Assembly (NCBI GenBank): GCA_045560535.1
Contig: JBJKZF010000002.1
Location: 10,945-74,944, forward strand
Length of the DNA: 64,000 bases
Source of the DNA: Porticoccaceae bacterium
GTDB lineage: Bacteria; Pseudomonadota; Gammaproteobacteria; Pseudomonadales; Porticoccaceae
Direction of reading: 5' to 3'
The notes beneath the pieces are model-generated. The model ran no database searches. It was not told the DNA's origin and saw only the letters and a program-made list of their open reading frames with translations. Each line of letters begins with the position of its first letter. The first letter of the stretch is position 1. Both the position numbers and the translations under genes were made by a program. Below are positions 61,449 through 64,000 of the stretch, one piece after another.

Positions 61449-62510
61449 CTAATCAAAAATATCTAATTGCATCGCCAATTCTTGGTGACGCATATCGACA
61501 AACCGCACTCCGATACCCAACAATCTTACAGGCCTACCTCCCCTTGGCCATGCTTCATTGAGTAGAGTATTGAAGCTCTCCTTGGGTAATCCTTTAGACA
61601 CTTGCCTCTCTATTGTGGTAGATGTGAAATCATTGAACTTTATCTTAATAAACTGTTTAGTCACCAGATAATCATCATCAACTCGACGAAGTCGACTTCT
61701 CAATTCAATAAGTAAATCTGCAATTTTTGCCTCACATGACTTCTGATCAACAAGATCATCAGAAAACGTGCGCTCCACACTTAAAGATTTTCTCCTACTA
61801 TCCGAATTAACCGGCCGATCATCTCGGCCAAAACTGAGCTCATGAAGTCTCTTCCCAAAGGAGCCAAATTTGTTAACCAGATAGACTAATGAGTATTTCT
61901 GAAGATCACCACAAGTATGGATACCTAAGCGATGTAACTTTTTACTCGTAACCTTGCCAACACCGAGTATGCGTTTCACCTCCAAATTAAAGACAAAGTC
62001 ATCAATTTCTTCAGGTCGAACCACATATTGTCCATCAGGCTTGTTGAGATCGCTCGCAACTTTTGCTAAAAACTTGTTAGGCGCTACACCTGCTGATGCA
62101 GTAACACCTACTTCTTTCGCGATACTTTTCCTAATATCTTTGGCTATCAGAGTAGCACTACCATGAAACTCATTACACTTCGAAACATCTAAGTATGCTT
62201 CGTCGAGAGATAGAGGTTCGATCTTATCTGTGTATCGATAAAAAATCCTTCGAATCTCCTGAGCAGCCTGGCGATATTTCGCCATAGTCCCTGGAATTAC
62301 TATTAAATCTGGGCAACGCCTCAGGGCATGTGCTGTTGGCATAGCCGACTTAATCCCGAACTGTCTTGCTTTATAATTACAGGTCGCAACTACCCCTCGA
62401 CGATCTGACTTCCCACCAATAGCTATTGGCAAGTGAATTAAGGATGGATCGTCGCGCATTTCAACAGCAGCATAAAAACAATCGCAATCGCAATGGATTA
62501 TTTTCCTCAC
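61449..62510 (-). CDS. dinB: DNA polymerase IV
   Basis: IIHCDCDCFYAAVEMRDDP, SLDEAYLDV, and a C-terminal little-finger region. Confidence 0.95.
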   Translation of the reverse strand: MRKIIHCDCDCFYAAVEMRDDPSLIHLPIAIGGKSDRRGVVATCNYKARQFGIKSAMPTAHALRRCPDLIVIPGTMAKYRQAAQEIRRIFYRYTDKIEPLSLDEAYLDVSKCNEFHGSATLIAKDIRKSIAKEVGVTASAGVAPNKFLAKVASDLNKPDGQYVVRPEEIDDFVFNLEVKRILGVGKVTSKKLHRLGIHTCGDLQKYSLVYLVNKFGSFGKRLHELSFGRDDRPVNSDSRRKSLSVERTFSDDLVDQKSCEAKIADLLIELRSRLRRVDDDYLVTKQFIKIKFNDFTSTTIERQVSKGLPKESFNTLLNEAWPRGGRPVRLLGIGVRFVDMRHQELAMQLDIFD

Positions 62511-62532
62511 TTACAATCCTTTTATATCCTTT

Positions 62533-64000
62533 CTATTTCATATCATCTTCAAATTGGTGGTCCGCTACACGCACACCGAAGCGGGCCGAAATAAGTTCTG
62601 GGAGCATCAACATTGCTGGAGTCAACAGCAAGGTAAGTATTGTTGCGACAATTAATCCATTCACGATTGCACTTGCTAGCGGTTGCCACCAGGAGGCCAC
62701 CATCCCCCCGATAGTATAAGATCGGTTAACTAGGTCAATACTAAGACCATTAGCCAAGGGTAATAATCCTACAATAGTGGTTATCGTCGTTAACATCACA
62801 GGTCTGAATCGAGACTTCGCTGCAGTAAATACAGCCTCAGAGGCGGTTAGCATTGCATTATTTCGTCTCAAATAGTTGTAAGTATCAATTAATACAATAT
62901 TGTTGTTCACCACAATTCCCGCTAGAGCAACGATACCTACCCCCGTCAATATAGTACTAAAGGTCGCTTGAGCTATCAGCAAACCAATCAATACTCCCGC
63001 GGTAGACATAACTACTGAAAACATGATCAAACTGGCCTGATAAAAACTATTAAACTGCATTACTAGCATTATCATCATCACAGACATTGCGAGTGTAAAA
63101 GCGGTTGATAAAAACTCGGCAGCCTTTGCCTGCTCCTGATTAGCACCTCTGAAACGAATATCTACTGACGAATCGGTATGCCCTACAATCCATTCGTCAA
63201 TGATTTGGGTCTGGTCATCCACGAGGAAGCCTTCTTCGGTGTTAGCCAAGACAAATACGGTTTCTTTCATGTCAATACGCTGGATTGAATCAACTCGTGG
63301 CTTTGCTACACGTCGAATGAAACTATTAACTGGCACTGAGCCATTCGACGTATTTATTCTCAAATTATCTATTGCACTGAGCTGACGATATTGCTCTGGA
63401 TAACGTAACCTTATTTCAAGCTCTTCATCTGCATCATCTGGGCGGAATTCGCCGATTATAATCCCTCCTGTAATCATCTGAATCATTCTCCCTACTTCGG
63501 CCACATTCACTCCCAACATAGCAGCACGAGCCCGGTCGACCTCGATCTCCCATTCAATACCTGCAAGTGGTAATGTATCCTGAAGATCTCTGATACCTCT
63601 GACATTTTCTGCTATCCATTGCTTAAGCTGTGATGCTTTGCGGTACATTTCTTGGCGATTAGAAGATGATAATTCGATTTGAATATCTTTGCCTGTAGGA
63701 GGTCCAGTTTCTACTTCTTGGCCCGTAACATAAATACCGGGCAAATTCTTAGTCCGCTCTCTTATCTCAGCAAAAACTTCATCACTTCCTCTCCTCCTCT
63801 GATCTCGAGGAAAAAGCTCAACCAGAATCGTACTAATTTGATCGCGGCTAACATCAGTACCAAAAACTACATAATTGTTCGAATTCCCATATGCATACAA
63901 CTGATTTACACCCTCCACACTTCTGACTACTCTATTGACTTCAAGGGTTATGTCTCTTTGTTCCTCCACCGACAAATTTCCTTGTGCTCGAATTTCAACC
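62533..64000 (-). CDS. RND efflux transporter permease (AcrB family), C-terminal part; gene continues past the right edge
   Basis: Periplasmic porter subdomain followed by the last five or so TM helices (..RFRPVMLTTITTIVGLLPLA..). The listed Met at 63975 is internal and the frame stays open to 64000. Confidence 0.85.
   Translation of the reverse strand, partial: VEIRAQGNLSVEEQRDITLEVNRVVRSVEGVNQLYAYGNSNNYVVFGTDVSRDQISTILVELFPRDQRRRGSDEVFAEIRERTKNLPGIYVTGQEVETGPPTGKDIQIELSSSNRQEMYRKASQLKQWIAENVRGIRDLQDTLPLAGIEWEIEVDRARAAMLGVNVAEVGRMIQMITGGIIIGEFRPDDADEELEIRLRYPEQYRQLSAIDNLRINTSNGSVPVNSFIRRVAKPRVDSIQRIDMKETVFVLANTEEGFLVDDQTQIIDEWIVGHTDSSVDIRFRGANQEQAKAAEFLSTAFTLAMSVMMIMLVMQFNSFYQASLIMFSVVMSTAGVLIGLLIAQATFSTILTGVGIVALAGIVVNNNIVLIDTYNYLRRNNAMLTASEAVFTAAKSRFRPVMLTTITTIVGLLPLANGLSIDLVNRSYTIGGMVASWWQPLASAIVNGLIVATILTLLLTPAMLMLPELISARFGVRVADHQFEDDMK

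Noticed and set aside
1-64000. CRISPR arrays, IS elements, prophage, toxin-antitoxin or known defence genes
   Set aside because: I found no regularly spaced direct repeats, no transposase, integrase or recombinase motifs, and no paired small ORFs with TA-like features. The large inverted repeat at 1-3075 is made of receptor coding sequence, not IS ends.

Overview
This 64-kb window looks like gammaproteobacterial chromosome. The gene order is Pseudomonas/Cellvibrio-like: proA-nadD-rsfS-rlmH-mrdA-rodA-mltB-dacA-ybeD-lipB-lipA, split nrdJa/nrdJb, trpBA, hisBH, and asmA-mutY-yggX-tRNA-Phe. All calls rest on motif recognition by eye in the supplied ORF translations and on reading the DNA; no database search was possible. 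I recognise about 55 protein genes and one tRNA. I see no rRNA, CRISPR array, transposase, integrase, phage gene or recognisable defence gene. Most of the window is ordinary housekeeping DNA, and I do not claim a convincing new multi-gene system.

Observations that deserve a second look:
1. Two head-to-head TonB-dependent receptor paralogs form an inverted repeat of at least 1.28 kb. A 175-bp perfect core (SD, start codon, signal peptide) flanks a 509-bp very AT-rich spacer full of short repeated motifs.
2. A tightly packed mcm-pccB-pccA-meaB operon ends in a beta-carbonic anhydrase and an Nramp-fold transporter in which every canonical metal-ligand position is substituted.
3. The nrdJ control region has tandem NrdR-type boxes 31 bp apart plus a perfect DnaA box.
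4. The selD-selU pair is translationally chained to Leu/Ile-catabolic genes.
5. Several local reading-frame lesions occur (receptor, DUF885 gene, start-less DUF2288 gene). They could be real decay or assembly indels.
6. The tRNA-Phe has G37 and a U-U pair in the anticodon arm.
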